A stretch of DNA of 64,000 bases from an uncultured Actinomycetes bacterium (GTDB lineage Bacteria; Actinomycetota; Acidimicrobiia; Acidimicrobiales; SZUA-35): contig CADEDH010000003.1 in assembly GCA_902826025.1 (NCBI GenBank), positions 21,743 through 85,742 of the forward strand, given 5' to 3'. Numbering within the stretch: the stretch's first letter is position 1; each line of letters begins with the position of its first letter. Shown one piece after another: positions 10,034-19,669 of the stretch. A model generated the notes under the pieces. It ran no database searches and was not told where the DNA came from. It was given only the letters and a program-made list of their open reading frames with translations. Both the position numbers and the translations under genes were made by a program.

Positions 10034-11047
10034 ATGTACGGTGACACCCCGGTCCTCGACGTGCACGGCCACGTGAGCCACCCCTGGGGCGGCATGGGTC
10101 AGCAGCTGCTGTTCATGCAGGCTCAGAACGCCCCGATGCCCTCGCCCATCGGTACCCCGGGGGCCGACGCGGCCGGGCTGGGCGAGGAGGCGTTCGCCGT
10201 GTCGGTGGGCCGCCACGTGGAGCAGCTCGACGACCGCCGGATCGACCGCCAGGTCATCGGGCCCCGGCCGTTCATGATGCAGGGGTTCATCGGGCAGAAC
10301 CTGTTGCCGGCCTGGACCCGCCTGGTCAACGACGCCATCCACCAGCAGTGCCGGATGGAGCCCAACCGCTTCCTCGGCGCCTGCCAGCTGCCCCAGAACA
10401 TCCACGAGCCCGACACCACCCATTGCCTGGCCGAGCTGCGGCGCTGCGTCGACGAGCTGGGATTCGTGGGGGTGTACGTGAGCCCCGACCCCGAAGGGCG
10501 GCGCAACGGCCCGGGCATGGCGGAGCCCTACTGGTACCCGCTCTACGCCGAGTGTGAGGAGCGCCAGCTGCCCATCGTGGTCCACGGCACGAACTGCCTC
10601 GACCCCCGGTTCGCCCCGGTGCCGGCGAACTACCAGCTCGGCTTCGTGGCCGAGCAGTACTGGGCCAACCAGATCCTGTCCCACTCCGACGTGTTCGAGC
10701 GCTTCCCCGGTCTGCAGGTGATCATCTGCCACTGCGGCGGGGCGCTCGACCGGTGGATCCCCAACGATCCCCACCTGTCGCAGAAGGACCTGGTCGACAA
10801 CCTCTTCTACGACACCTGCGCCCACGACGCCCCCTACCTGGAGTGCGCCATCAAGCAGCGGACGGCGAAGCGGCTGTGCTTCGGGTCCGAGGTGCCGGGC
10901 TCGGGTGGGGCCCTGCGGCTCGACACCGGCCGCCCGGCCGACGACCTCATCCCGATCATCGGCGGGTTCGAGTGGCTGAGCGAGGCCGACAAGGTGACGA
11001 TCTTCCACGACAACCCGGCCCGCCTGTTCCCCCGCCTCGCCGGCTGA
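10034..11047 (+). CDS. amidohydrolase-2 family metal-dependent hydrolase/decarboxylase (ACMSD/LigW/LigI-like)
   Basis: 337 aa. It has the N-terminal HxH motif (VLDVHGHV) and later His and Asp ligand contexts (IVVHGTN, IICHCGG, YDTCAHD). A GGAG RBS is present. Confidence 0.75.
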   Translation: MYGDTPVLDVHGHVSHPWGGMGQQLLFMQAQNAPMPSPIGTPGADAAGLGEEAFAVSVGRHVEQLDDRRIDRQVIGPRPFMMQGFIGQNLLPAWTRLVNDAIHQQCRMEPNRFLGACQLPQNIHEPDTTHCLAELRRCVDELGFVGVYVSPDPEGRRNGPGMAEPYWYPLYAECEERQLPIVVHGTNCLDPRFAPVPANYQLGFVAEQYWANQILSHSDVFERFPGLQVIICHCGGALDRWIPNDPHLSQKDLVDNLFYDTCAHDAPYLECAIKQRTAKRLCFGSEVPGSGGALRLDTGRPADDLIPIIGGFEWLSEADKVTIFHDNPARLFPRLAG

Positions 11048-11090
11048 TGGCCCCGCCGGCGACCGAACCTCGTCGAGAAAAGCGGAGGCC

Positions 11091-11765
11091 ATGACGAGTG
11101 CGGCGACCGCCGACGTGGTGGCCCGGCTGCGGCGGCTCGACTCGTGCGCCGTGTCCGACGCCTGCGACCGGCTCGGCCTGGCCGACCGGGTGGTCACCGG
11201 CCTCGCTCCGCTCACCGGCCCGGCCCACGTGGCGGGTCGGGTGGTCACCGTCGAGCTGGGCCCGTGGACGGGCGGCGGCGGGGGGTCACACCTGTGCGCG
11301 GCGGCCACCGACTCGGCCACGGCCGACGATGTGATCGTGGTGGCGCACCACGGCCGCACCGACTGCGCCGGCTGGGGCGGCAATCTCTCCCGCGCCGCTC
11401 GGGCCCGGGGGGCAGCGGCCACCATCGTGGATGGGGCCGCCCGCGACATCGACGAGTCCCGTACCGTCGGCCACCCCGTGTTCGCCTCGGCGGCGACGCC
11501 CCGCACGGCCCGGGGCCGCACCGAGGAGGTGGCGTGGGGCGGGCCGGTGGCGATCGGGGGCGTGGCCGTGAACCAGGGCGACTACGTGGTGGCCGACTCC
11601 ACCGGCATCGTGTTCGTTCCAGCGGCGCAGATCGATGCGGTGCTGGCGGCGGCCGAGGCCATCGCGGCCAAGGAGGCGGCGATGGCCGGCGCGCTCGACG
11701 CCGGCCAACCGGTGAGCGACGTCATGGGCCGGGACTACGAGACCATGCTCCACCCCAACGCCTGA
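11091..11765 (+). CDS. RraA-family protein / 4-hydroxy-4-methyl-2-oxoglutarate aldolase-like
   Basis: 224 aa. The N-terminus VARLRRLDSCAVSDACDRLGL and the GG-rich core are typical of the RraA/HMG-CHA aldolase family. Confidence 0.7.
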   Translation: MTSAATADVVARLRRLDSCAVSDACDRLGLADRVVTGLAPLTGPAHVAGRVVTVELGPWTGGGGGSHLCAAATDSATADDVIVVAHHGRTDCAGWGGNLSRAARARGAAATIVDGAARDIDESRTVGHPVFASAATPRTARGRTEEVAWGGPVAIGGVAVNQGDYVVADSTGIVFVPAAQIDAVLAAAEAIAAKEAAMAGALDAGQPVSDVMGRDYETMLHPNA

Positions 11766-11769
11766 CCCG

Positions 11770-13062
11770 TCACGGCGAGGGGCGGGTGTCGGTCAGGCCC
11801 ATGGCCCAGGCCCATTGCTGGTGAACGTCGTCGGGCTGACCTTCGAGGAGGAAGAAGTAGTCGTCGGGGCGGCTGCCGGGCATGACCCGCTTGAGCACGG
11901 CCATCCGGGCCGCCAGCCGTTCGGGGGTGGGCGCCTCCACGAACTGGTTGCGCAGCTCGTTGGGAAACCGGATGCAGCGGTTCGCGTCCGGGTCGCGGAC
12001 CAGGCCCGACGGATCCTCGCCCCGTTCCACCGCTTCCATGTCGGCGATCAGCCGGCGGCGGAACATCTGCACCCCGCGGTCGCTGCGGCCCAGGTGCTCT
12101 CTGGTCCGGTCGGCGATCACGCCCTGGCCGGTCCAGCTCACCACGTCCTGGCCCAGCACGTGGGTGGTGATCGGGTGGCCGTCGGCATCGACGTGCTGGC
12201 CCCACCACGAGGGGATGACATCCTGGCGGTAGGGCTCCCGCTCCGCCACCACCCGCTCGTACATCCAGATCACGCTGAGCGTGCGGTGGTCGTCGATCGG
12301 CACCCGCCACTCGAAGTGCAGGGGGGCGAACAGGTTGGGCATGATGCACAGCCGCCCGTTGCGCCACGAGTCGGACGACTCGTCTTCGCCCTCGTGGAGG
12401 CGACGGTACATGAAGCCGTGCTCCCACTCGTCGAACCCCAGCGTGGCGTGCTTGGCCGCGTAGCGCTCGGGATGCCCCGAGCGCCCGGCGTGCCAGTTGT
12501 CGTGCAGCCACTCGAAATGCACCGGGTCGATCGAGTTCTCCTGACACTGGAGCCAGTTGCACTCCACCACGTGCTGAACGATCTGGGTGAAGCAGTTCTC
12601 GTAGGTGAACGGCTCCCAGGTGGGGATGAGGGGGGCGGGGGCCGGGCCCAGGTAGGCCCACACCAGACCGAAGCGGACCTCGGCCCGGTAGGCCAGGGCG
12701 CAGATCTGCTCCCGGAAGCGGGTGGAACCCGACGACAGGTCTTCGAACGGGGCCTCCACGCACTGTCCGCCGAGGTCGAACTTCCAGCCGTGATAGCTGC
12801 AGCGGATTCCGCCCTCCTCGGCGTAGCCATTGGCCATCCCGGCCCGGCGGTGGGGGCAGTGGGGCTCGATGAGGCCGAAGCGACCATCCAACGTGCGGTA
12901 CAGCACCAGGTCCTCACCCAGGATCCGCACCGGCTTCACCGGCTCGGCCACCAGTTCGGCCTCGGACGCGATGGGGTGCCAGTAGCGGCGCAAGAGGTTG
13001 CCCATCGGCGTGCCCGGCCCAACGCGGGTCAGCCGTTCGTTCTGCTCGGCGGTCACGACCAT
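11770..13062 (-). CDS. Rieske [2Fe-2S] aromatic/steroid ring-hydroxylating oxygenase, alpha subunit
   Basis: 430 aa. It has the Rieske motif CPHRRAGM...CSYHGWKF and the mononuclear-iron motif NSIDPVHFEWLH. Confidence 0.9.
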   Translation of the reverse strand: MVVTAEQNERLTRVGPGTPMGNLLRRYWHPIASEAELVAEPVKPVRILGEDLVLYRTLDGRFGLIEPHCPHRRAGMANGYAEEGGIRCSYHGWKFDLGGQCVEAPFEDLSSGSTRFREQICALAYRAEVRFGLVWAYLGPAPAPLIPTWEPFTYENCFTQIVQHVVECNWLQCQENSIDPVHFEWLHDNWHAGRSGHPERYAAKHATLGFDEWEHGFMYRRLHEGEDESSDSWRNGRLCIMPNLFAPLHFEWRVPIDDHRTLSVIWMYERVVAEREPYRQDVIPSWWGQHVDADGHPITTHVLGQDVVSWTGQGVIADRTREHLGRSDRGVQMFRRRLIADMEAVERGEDPSGLVRDPDANRCIRFPNELRNQFVEAPTPERLAARMAVLKRVMPGSRPDDYFFLLEGQPDDVHQQWAWAMGLTDTRPSP

Positions 13063-13115
13063 CGTGCTAAGGGTAGGGTTGATGTACCTACACGGCCAAA
13101 GGGGGGCCCAAGGTC

Positions 13116-14363
13116 ATGAAGTCCATCTTTTTCCATCTCATGCCGTACCGCGACCTGCCGGACGACTTCGAACAACGATACGAGAGCGTGTGGGTCACAC
13201 CACCGAACGCCGAGCTGTGCGACCCGGTCAAGGTCGCCCAGTACTACCAGTGGAACCTCGACGAACTGGAGCTGGCCGATCAGCTCGGGTTCGACGGGCT
13301 CGGTATCAACGAACACCACCAGAACGCCTACGGGTTCATGGCGTCGCCCAACCTGATGGCGGCCGCCCTGTCCCGTCGCACCAGCTCGAAGAGCGCCATC
13401 CTGGTGCTGGGCAACACGCTGGCCCTGTACTCGCCGGCCCTGCGGGTGGCCGAGGAGTTCGCCATGCTCGATTGCATGACCAACGGGCGCCTGGCCGCCG
13501 GGTTCCCGGTTGGCACCTCGATGGATGTGAACCGCTGTTACGGGATCACGCCCACCGAGACCCGGCCCCGGTTCTACGAGGCCCACGACCTCATCATGAA
13601 AGCGTGGACCCAGCCCGGGCCATTCGCCTACAACGGCCGCTACAACCAGCTCCGCTACGTCAACCCGTGGCCCCAGCCGCTGCAGAAGCCGCACCCGCCG
13701 GTGTGGTTGGCCGGCGGCGGATCGGTGGAGACATGGGAGATGGCGGTCAACCACAACTACACCTACTCCTACCTCAGCTTCTTCGGCTACCACTTCGCCA
13801 AGCGGCTGATGGACGGGTTCTGGGAGACCTCTGAGCGCTTGGGCGGCACGTTCAACCCGTACCAGGCCGGTTTCGCCCAGCAGATCTGTGTGGCCGAGAC
13901 CGACGCCCAGGCCAAGGAGCAGTACCTGGAGCACGTGGCCTACTTCTTCTCCAAGTGCCTCCACATCCCGGACTACTACTTCGAGACCCCGGGCTACCGC
14001 ACCCGGCGCAGCGCCGAGTTCGCCATCAAGACCGGCCAGCCGGGCGAGATCGCCAAGATCGCCACGCTGGAGAAGAACTGGGAGACGCTGGTGGATACCG
14101 GCATGATCATCGCCGGCAGCCCGGCCACGGTGGCCGACCGCCTCACCGAGGCCTGCAAGCAGCTGCGGGTGGGCAACCTGATCGCCCTGCTGCAGATCGG
14201 CTCCATGCCCCACGAGCTCACCAAACAGAACATCACCCTGTTCGCCGAGGGGGTGCTGCCCAAGATCCGGGGCCTATGGGCCGACGACGGCTACGAGCAC
14301 AAGTGGTGGCCCCAGGGGGCCGAGCAGCCGGCCACCGAGCCGGCCCCGGTGGCGGGGAGCTGA
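13116..14363 (+). CDS. LLM-class (luciferase-like) flavin-dependent oxidoreductase
   Basis: 415 aa. The N-terminus MKSIFFHLMPYRDLPDDFE and the segment LGFDGLGINEHHQNAYG are typical of luciferase-like monooxygenases. Confidence 0.75.
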   Translation: MKSIFFHLMPYRDLPDDFEQRYESVWVTPPNAELCDPVKVAQYYQWNLDELELADQLGFDGLGINEHHQNAYGFMASPNLMAAALSRRTSSKSAILVLGNTLALYSPALRVAEEFAMLDCMTNGRLAAGFPVGTSMDVNRCYGITPTETRPRFYEAHDLIMKAWTQPGPFAYNGRYNQLRYVNPWPQPLQKPHPPVWLAGGGSVETWEMAVNHNYTYSYLSFFGYHFAKRLMDGFWETSERLGGTFNPYQAGFAQQICVAETDAQAKEQYLEHVAYFFSKCLHIPDYYFETPGYRTRRSAEFAIKTGQPGEIAKIATLEKNWETLVDTGMIIAGSPATVADRLTEACKQLRVGNLIALLQIGSMPHELTKQNITLFAEGVLPKIRGLWADDGYEHKWWPQGAEQPATEPAPVAGS

Positions 14364-14371
14364 CGGCGGCC

Positions 14372-15151
14372 ATGGCTGATCCAACCGAAACCTACATCGA
14401 GCTCAAGGACGGGGCGTTCAAGATCCGGGTGCTGCAGGCCGGCACCGGGGCCCCGCTGGTGTACCTCCACGGCGCCGGAGGCCTGTTCTGGGACCCCCTG
14501 CTGGCCGGCCTGGCCGACCGGTTCGCCGTCACCGCCCCCGAGCATCCGGGGTTCGGCCAGAGCCAGGGCCTGGAGCACGTCCCCGACCTGTGGGACCTGG
14601 TGCTGTACTACAACGAGCTGCTCGACACGCTCGGCATCGAACGGGCCACCGTCGTCGGTCACTCCTTCGGCGGGATGGTGGCAGCGGAGATCGCAGCGAA
14701 CAACCCCGAACGGGTGGACCGGCTGGTGCTGATCGCTCCGATCGGGTTGTGGCTCGACGAGCACCCGGTGCCCGACATCAGCGGCATCCCGCCCGCCGAC
14801 ATTCCGGCGCTGGTATTCGCCGATCCCACCGGGCCGGTGGCCGCCTCCATGCCGGCCCCCGACCCCACCGACCCCGAGTCGCTGCTGATGGCGGTGAACT
14901 CGATGAGCTCGATCCTGCAGTTCATCTGGCCCCTGCCCGACAAGGGCCTGCACAAGCGGCTCTACCGGGTCCGGGCCCCCACGCTCCTGGTGTGGGGGGC
15001 GCAGGACCGCCTGGTGGACCCGGCCTACGGCCCGGCCTTCACAAGGGCCATCGACGGGGCCCGCCTCGAGGTGATCGAGGGCGCCGGCCACGTACCTCAG
15101 CTGGAGCAGGTGACGGCCACGCGGGCCGTGATCGACGCCTTCCTCGACTGA
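14372..15151 (+). CDS. alpha/beta hydrolase (meta-cleavage-product C-C hydrolase-like)
   Basis: Starts at the internal ATG (MADPTETYIELKDGAFKIRVLQAG...). It has an HG oxyanion motif (YLHGAGG), the nucleophile elbow GHSFGG, and C-terminal EGAGHVPQLE. Confidence 0.8.
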   Translation: MADPTETYIELKDGAFKIRVLQAGTGAPLVYLHGAGGLFWDPLLAGLADRFAVTAPEHPGFGQSQGLEHVPDLWDLVLYYNELLDTLGIERATVVGHSFGGMVAAEIAANNPERVDRLVLIAPIGLWLDEHPVPDISGIPPADIPALVFADPTGPVAASMPAPDPTDPESLLMAVNSMSSILQFIWPLPDKGLHKRLYRVRAPTLLVWGAQDRLVDPAYGPAFTRAIDGARLEVIEGAGHVPQLEQVTATRAVIDAFLD

Positions 15152-15272
15152 GGTCAGCGCAATTCATCTTGTTTCGCCAGAACGAGTCGAGTTGGCCTAA
15201 ACATTTCCGTCATCCTCGGTTCACGTGGATGACCTTGCTCCGACATTGGCGTGAAATCGGTGCTCCATAGCT

Positions 15273-15297
15273 TTCGAGTTCTAACACCCGCTCGAAA
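15273..15297 (+). promoter_or_regulatory. 7-bp inverted repeat TTTCGAG-n11-CTCGAAA just upstream of the urtA RBS
   Basis: Seen directly in the lower-GC 157-bp intergenic region. It ends 5 nt before GGAGAGAC-ATG. It could be an operator or a 5'-UTR hairpin. Confidence 0.3.
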
Positions 15298-15308
15298 CAG
15301 GGAGAGAC

Positions 15309-16658
15309 ATGATCACGTCGAGAAGGCTGCGGCTCTGGCATGCACTGGTACTGGTGCTAGCCATGGTGGCCGCAGCGTGCGGAAGCAGCAGTGATTCCTC
15401 CGAAACATCATCGGGGTCTGAAAGTTCCACGTCAGAAGCGGCCGGCGGTAGCGCCACCAGCGAAGCTGGCGGTACCGATACCAGTGAGGGGGCAGCGGCG
15501 CCCGAGGGCGACCCGATCAAGGTCGGGGTGCTCCACTCACTGAGCGGCACGATGTCGATCAGCGAGGTGGCGGTGCACGACGCCGAGCTCCTCGCCATCA
15601 AGGAGATCAACGCCAAGGGCGGCGTGCTCGGCCGGCCCCTCGAGCCGGTGGTGGAGGACGGCGCCTCCGACTGGCCCACCTTCGCCTCCAAGGCCGAGAA
15701 GCTGCTCACCGTGGACAAGGTGGCGGTGGTGTTCGGCGGCTGGACGTCGGCCTCCCGCAAGGCCATGTTGCCGGTGTTCGAGGGCCTCGACGGCCTGCTC
15801 TTCTACCCCGTGCAGTACGAGGGTCTCGAGGCGTCGCCCAACATCTTCTACACGGGCGCCACCACCAACCAGCAGATCATCCCCGCTCTCGACTACATGG
15901 TCGAGCAGAAGTTGACCGACGTGTACCTCGTGGGCTCCGACTACGTGTTCCCCCGAACGGCCAACAAGATCATCAAGGCTTATGCCGCCAAGTACGGGCT
16001 CAACATCGTGGGCGAAGACTACCTCCCGCTGGGTGAGACCGATACGGCCACGCTCGTGTCGAAAGTGATCGATGCCAAGCCCACCGTGGTGTTCAATACC
16101 CTGAATGGCGACTCCAACGTCGCCTTCTTCAAGGAGCTGACGGCCAAGGGCAACACACCCGACAAGATCCAGACGATCTCGGTTTCGGTGGCCGAAGAGG
16201 AAGTGTCGGGTATCGGGGTCGACAACATCGCCGGCCATCTCGTGGCCTGGAACTACTACCAGACCACCGACACCCCGGCCAACACCGAGTTCGTCGAGGC
16301 GTTCAAGGCCGAATACGGCGACAAGCGGGTCACCGCCGACCCGATCGAGGCCGGCTACGTGGGCGTCTACCTGTGGGCCGCCGCCGTGGAGAAGGCCGGT
16401 TCCACCGATGTGGCCGAGGTGAAGGAAGCGGCCAAGGGCCTCACCTTCGACGCCCCTGAGGGCAAGGTGACGGTGAGCGACTGGAACCAGCACATCTTCA
16501 AGACGGCCCGCATCGGCGAGATCGACGCCACCGGCCAGATCAAGGAGGTGTGGGCGTCGGACGGGCCCATCGAGCCCGATCCCTGCCTGTTCAACTACGA
16601 CTGGGCCACCGGCCTGGCCCAGGGCGAGTGCGACGCAGCCAAGGCGGCCGGCGGCTGA
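15309..16658 (+). CDS. urtA: urea ABC transporter substrate-binding lipoprotein
   Basis: 449 aa. It has a lipobox-type signal ([12 protein letters not shown]) and a LivJ/UrtA-like body ([16 protein letters not shown]). It is the first gene of the urt-ure block. Confidence 0.85.
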   Translation: MITSRRLRLWHALVLVLAMVAAACGSSSDSSETSSGSESSTSEAAGGSATSEAGGTDTSEGAAAPEGDPIKVGVLHSLSGTMSISEVAVHDAELLAIKEINAKGGVLGRPLEPVVEDGASDWPTFASKAEKLLTVDKVAVVFGGWTSASRKAMLPVFEGLDGLLFYPVQYEGLEASPNIFYTGATTNQQIIPALDYMVEQKLTDVYLVGSDYVFPRTANKIIKAYAAKYGLNIVGEDYLPLGETDTATLVSKVIDAKPTVVFNTLNGDSNVAFFKELTAKGNTPDKIQTISVSVAEEEVSGIGVDNIAGHLVAWNYYQTTDTPANTEFVEAFKAEYGDKRVTADPIEAGYVGVYLWAAAVEKAGSTDVAEVKEAAKGLTFDAPEGKVTVSDWNQHIFKTARIGEIDATGQIKEVWASDGPIEPDPCLFNYDWATGLAQGECDAAKAAGG

Positions 16659-16743
16659 CGGCCGACGCCACCCCTCACCCCTGACCGACCGGGGGTGGGC
16701 GGGCAATCCCCGCCCACCCCGGTCCCGGAGGCTCGGACCCCTC

Positions 16744-17646
16744 ATGCAGACCTTTCTCGAACAACTCTTCATCGGACTCAGCCTCGGCTCGATCCTGCTG
16801 ATCGTGGCCCTCGGCCTCACCTTCACCTTCGGCCAGATGGGCGTGATCAACATGGCCCACGGCGAGCTGATCATGGCCGGCGCCTACGTGCCCTACGTGC
16901 TGCAGACCAAGGTCGGAGGCGCTCTCGGCGGGCGGGCCGGCCTGGCCTTCCTGGCGGCCCTCCCCATCGGGTTCGCCGTGGCCGGTGCTCTCGGCCTGGT
17001 CATGGAGCGCACGGTGCTGGCCCGCATGGTCGACCGGCCGCTCGACACCCTGTTGGTGACGTTCGGGATCAGCCTCATGCTCCAGCAGGCAGCCCGCGAT
17101 CTCTTCGGCGCCTCCAATGTGGAGGTGGTCGCTCCCTCCTGGCTATCGGGCCGGTGGGAGCTGCTGGGGGTGGTGATGCCCCACAGCCGCCTGTTCATCA
17201 TCGCCCTGGTGGCCGTGCTGGTGGGCCTGGTCTCGGCCTTCCTGTCCACCCGGCCCGAGGGGCGCCGGATGCGGGCGGTCATGCAGAACCGCGACCTGGC
17301 CGCCATCTCCGGTCTGTCGACCCGCCGGGTCGACGCCACCACCTTCTTCCTCGGCTCCGGCCTGGCCGGCGTGGCCGGCGTGGCCGTCACCCTGATCGGC
17401 TCGATCGGCTCCCAGGTGGGGGCGGGCTACATCATCGACGCCTTCCTGGTGGTCATCGTGGGCGGCCTGGGCAAGATGCGGGGCACGATCATCGCCGCCT
17501 TCGGGCTGGGGATGCTCAACGCCTTCAGCGAGTACTGGACTTCGGCCAGCCTGGGCAAGGCGATCCTGTTCATCGCCGTCATCGCCTTCCTCCAGTTCCG
17601 CCCGAACGGCCTGGTGTCGTTCCAGACCCGGGGGCTCACGGGATGA
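16744..17646 (+). CDS. urtB: urea ABC transporter permease
   Basis: 300 aa polytopic membrane protein of the LivH type (MQTFLEQLFIGLSLGSILLIVALGL...). Confidence 0.85.
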   Translation: MQTFLEQLFIGLSLGSILLIVALGLTFTFGQMGVINMAHGELIMAGAYVPYVLQTKVGGALGGRAGLAFLAALPIGFAVAGALGLVMERTVLARMVDRPLDTLLVTFGISLMLQQAARDLFGASNVEVVAPSWLSGRWELLGVVMPHSRLFIIALVAVLVGLVSAFLSTRPEGRRMRAVMQNRDLAAISGLSTRRVDATTFFLGSGLAGVAGVAVTLIGSIGSQVGAGYIIDAFLVVIVGGLGKMRGTIIAAFGLGMLNAFSEYWTSASLGKAILFIAVIAFLQFRPNGLVSFQTRGLTG

Positions 17647-18809
17647 CAGCCACCACCGCCTTGGCCCCGGCCAGCGCCGCCGGCCCCGCCTGGATGCCCT
17701 GGGCCCGCCGGGCCGCTCTGGCCCTCGGTGTGGTGCTGATCATGGCCGGACCGAACCTGATCGGCGACCCCACCCGCACCCGCCAGTGGGCCGAGTACCT
17801 GTGCTACGCCATGATCGCCGTAGGGCTCGACCTGGCCTGGGGGTACGGCGGCATGCTGGCCCTCGGCCAGGGCGTGTTCTTCGGCCTGGGGGCTTACGCC
17901 ATGGGCATGTACCTGACGCTGGAGCAGGTCGAGCCGGGCCAGCTTCCCCAGTTCATGTCGCTCTACAGCGACTACACCGAGCTCCCGCTCCTGTGGCGGC
18001 CGTTCGGGAGCCTGTGGTTCGCCACCGCCGCCGCCGTGCTGGTGCCGACCCTGCTGGCCGCCGCCGTGGGCTGGCTGGTTTTCCGGCGTCGGATCCGGGG
18101 CCCCTACTTCGCCCTGCTCACCCAGGCCGCCACGCTGGTGTTCTGGTTGCTGCTGGTGGGCCAGCTGAAGCTGACGGCCGGCACCAACGGCCTCACCAAC
18201 TTCACCACCATCTTCGGCCGCAACAAGTATCAGCCCGACACCAACAAGTTCCTGTATTACCTGGCGGCGGCCGGTCTGGTGGCGTGCGTGGTGGTGGCCC
18301 GCCAGCTCGTCAACAGCCGCTTCGGTCGCCTGCTGGTGGCAGTGCGGGACGGGGAGGACCGGGTGCGGTTCCTGGGCTACGACCCGGCCCTGGTGAAAAC
18401 GGCGGCCTTCGCCGTGGCCGCCGGAATGGCCGGTCTGGCCGGCGCCCTCTCGGCCCCCGTCATCGGCATCGTGGCCCCCAACCAGTTCGCCGTGCTCCCC
18501 TCGATCCTCATGATCGTGTGGGTGGCCGTTGGCGGACGGGGCACGATCTACGGCCCGCTGGTGGGAGCGCTCGCCGTGAGCTGGCTGCGGACCAGGGTGA
18601 GCGAGACCCGACCGGAGGACTGGGAGTACTTCCAGGGCCTGCTTTTCGTGATCGTGGTGGCCCTGGTGCCGGGCGGCCTGGCCGGCCTGCTCGTTTCGCT
18701 CCGCAACCGGCTGGGGGCCCGCCTCGGGGCCGGCGGCACCGCCGCCGACGGCCCGGTGGGCGCCTCCCCGGCGGCCACCGCCCCGGCCACCGCGGCGGTG
18801 GCGGAATGA
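17643..18809 (+). CDS. urtC: urea ABC transporter permease
   Basis: The internal ATG overlaps the urtB stop (ATGA). It is a LivM-type polytopic protein (GYGGMLALGQGVFFGLGAYAMG). Confidence 0.85.
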   Translation: MTATTALAPASAAGPAWMPWARRAALALGVVLIMAGPNLIGDPTRTRQWAEYLCYAMIAVGLDLAWGYGGMLALGQGVFFGLGAYAMGMYLTLEQVEPGQLPQFMSLYSDYTELPLLWRPFGSLWFATAAAVLVPTLLAAAVGWLVFRRRIRGPYFALLTQAATLVFWLLLVGQLKLTAGTNGLTNFTTIFGRNKYQPDTNKFLYYLAAAGLVACVVVARQLVNSRFGRLLVAVRDGEDRVRFLGYDPALVKTAAFAVAAGMAGLAGALSAPVIGIVAPNQFAVLPSILMIVWVAVGGRGTIYGPLVGALAVSWLRTRVSETRPEDWEYFQGLLFVIVVALVPGGLAGLLVSLRNRLGARLGAGGTAADGPVGASPAATAPATAAVAE

Positions 18810-19669
18810 CGGCGACCACGACCGACACGGCCTCCGCTCCCGCCGGCCCGGCCGATCCCCTGTTGCGGGTGGAAGACATCGTGGTGTCGTTCGACGGGTT
18901 CCGGGCCATCGACGGTCTCAGCCTGTCGGTGGCTCCGGGTGAGCTGCGCTTCCTGATCGGGCCGAACGGGGCAGGCAAGACCACGCTGGTCGACGTCGTG
19001 ACCGGCCTCACCCGGGCCGCCAGCGGCCGGGTGGTGTTCGACGGGGCCGACATCACCGGGATGGCGTCGCACCGGATCGTGCGCCGAGGCATAGGCCGCA
19101 GCTTTCAGACCCCCACCGTGTTCGAGTCGCTCACCGTGACCGAGAACCTCGACCTGGCCCATTCGTTCCGCCGCCCCTTCGTGCGGCTGCTGGGCCGGCG
19201 GCGGGGAACGAGCGAAGCGGTGGCGGCCACGCTGGAGCGGGTGGGCCTCGGCCCCCACGCCGACCGCCCGGCCGGGGCGCTGAGCCACGGTCAGAAACAG
19301 TGGCTCGAGATGGGGATGCTGCTGGTGCAGAACCCCCGCCTGCTCCTGCTCGACGAGCCGGTGGCCGGCATGAGCCCCCAGGAGCGGACCGAAACCGGCG
19401 AACTGCTCCGGTCGTTGGCCGGCGAGCACACGATCCTGGTCATCGAGCACGACATGGCCTTCCTCCGGGCCTACGCCGACACGGTGACCGTGCTCCACGA
19501 AGGCAAGCTGCTGTCGGAGGGCGACGTCGACTACGTGCAGCACGACCCCCGGGTGCGGGAGGTCTACCTGGGCCGGGCCCGGGACCGCCGCTCGGGTTCG
19601 GAAGCCGATGGCGACGACGACGCCGGGTCCGGCACCGGGCCCGCAGCCGATGAGGGAGCGACGACATGA
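18806..19669 (+). CDS. urtD: urea ABC transporter ATP-binding protein
   Basis: The ATG overlaps the urtC stop (ATGA). It has Walker A GPNGAGKTT, the signature LSHGQKQWLE and Walker B LLLLDEP. It also has an acidic Gly/Asp-rich C-terminal tail. Confidence 0.9.
   Translation: MTATTTDTASAPAGPADPLLRVEDIVVSFDGFRAIDGLSLSVAPGELRFLIGPNGAGKTTLVDVVTGLTRAASGRVVFDGADITGMASHRIVRRGIGRSFQTPTVFESLTVTENLDLAHSFRRPFVRLLGRRRGTSEAVAATLERVGLGPHADRPAGALSHGQKQWLEMGMLLVQNPRLLLLDEPVAGMSPQERTETGELLRSLAGEHTILVIEHDMAFLRAYADTVTVLHEGKLLSEGDVDYVQHDPRVREVYLGRARDRRSGSEADGDDDAGSGTGPAADEGATT

Noticed and set aside
15270-15300. Actinobacterial GlnR box (gTnAc-n6-GaAAc) upstream of urtA
   Set aside because: CTAAC ... GAAAC is present, but with an 8-nt rather than a 6-nt spacer, and only one half-site pair is seen. 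This is not good enough to call a GlnR site without a matrix scan.
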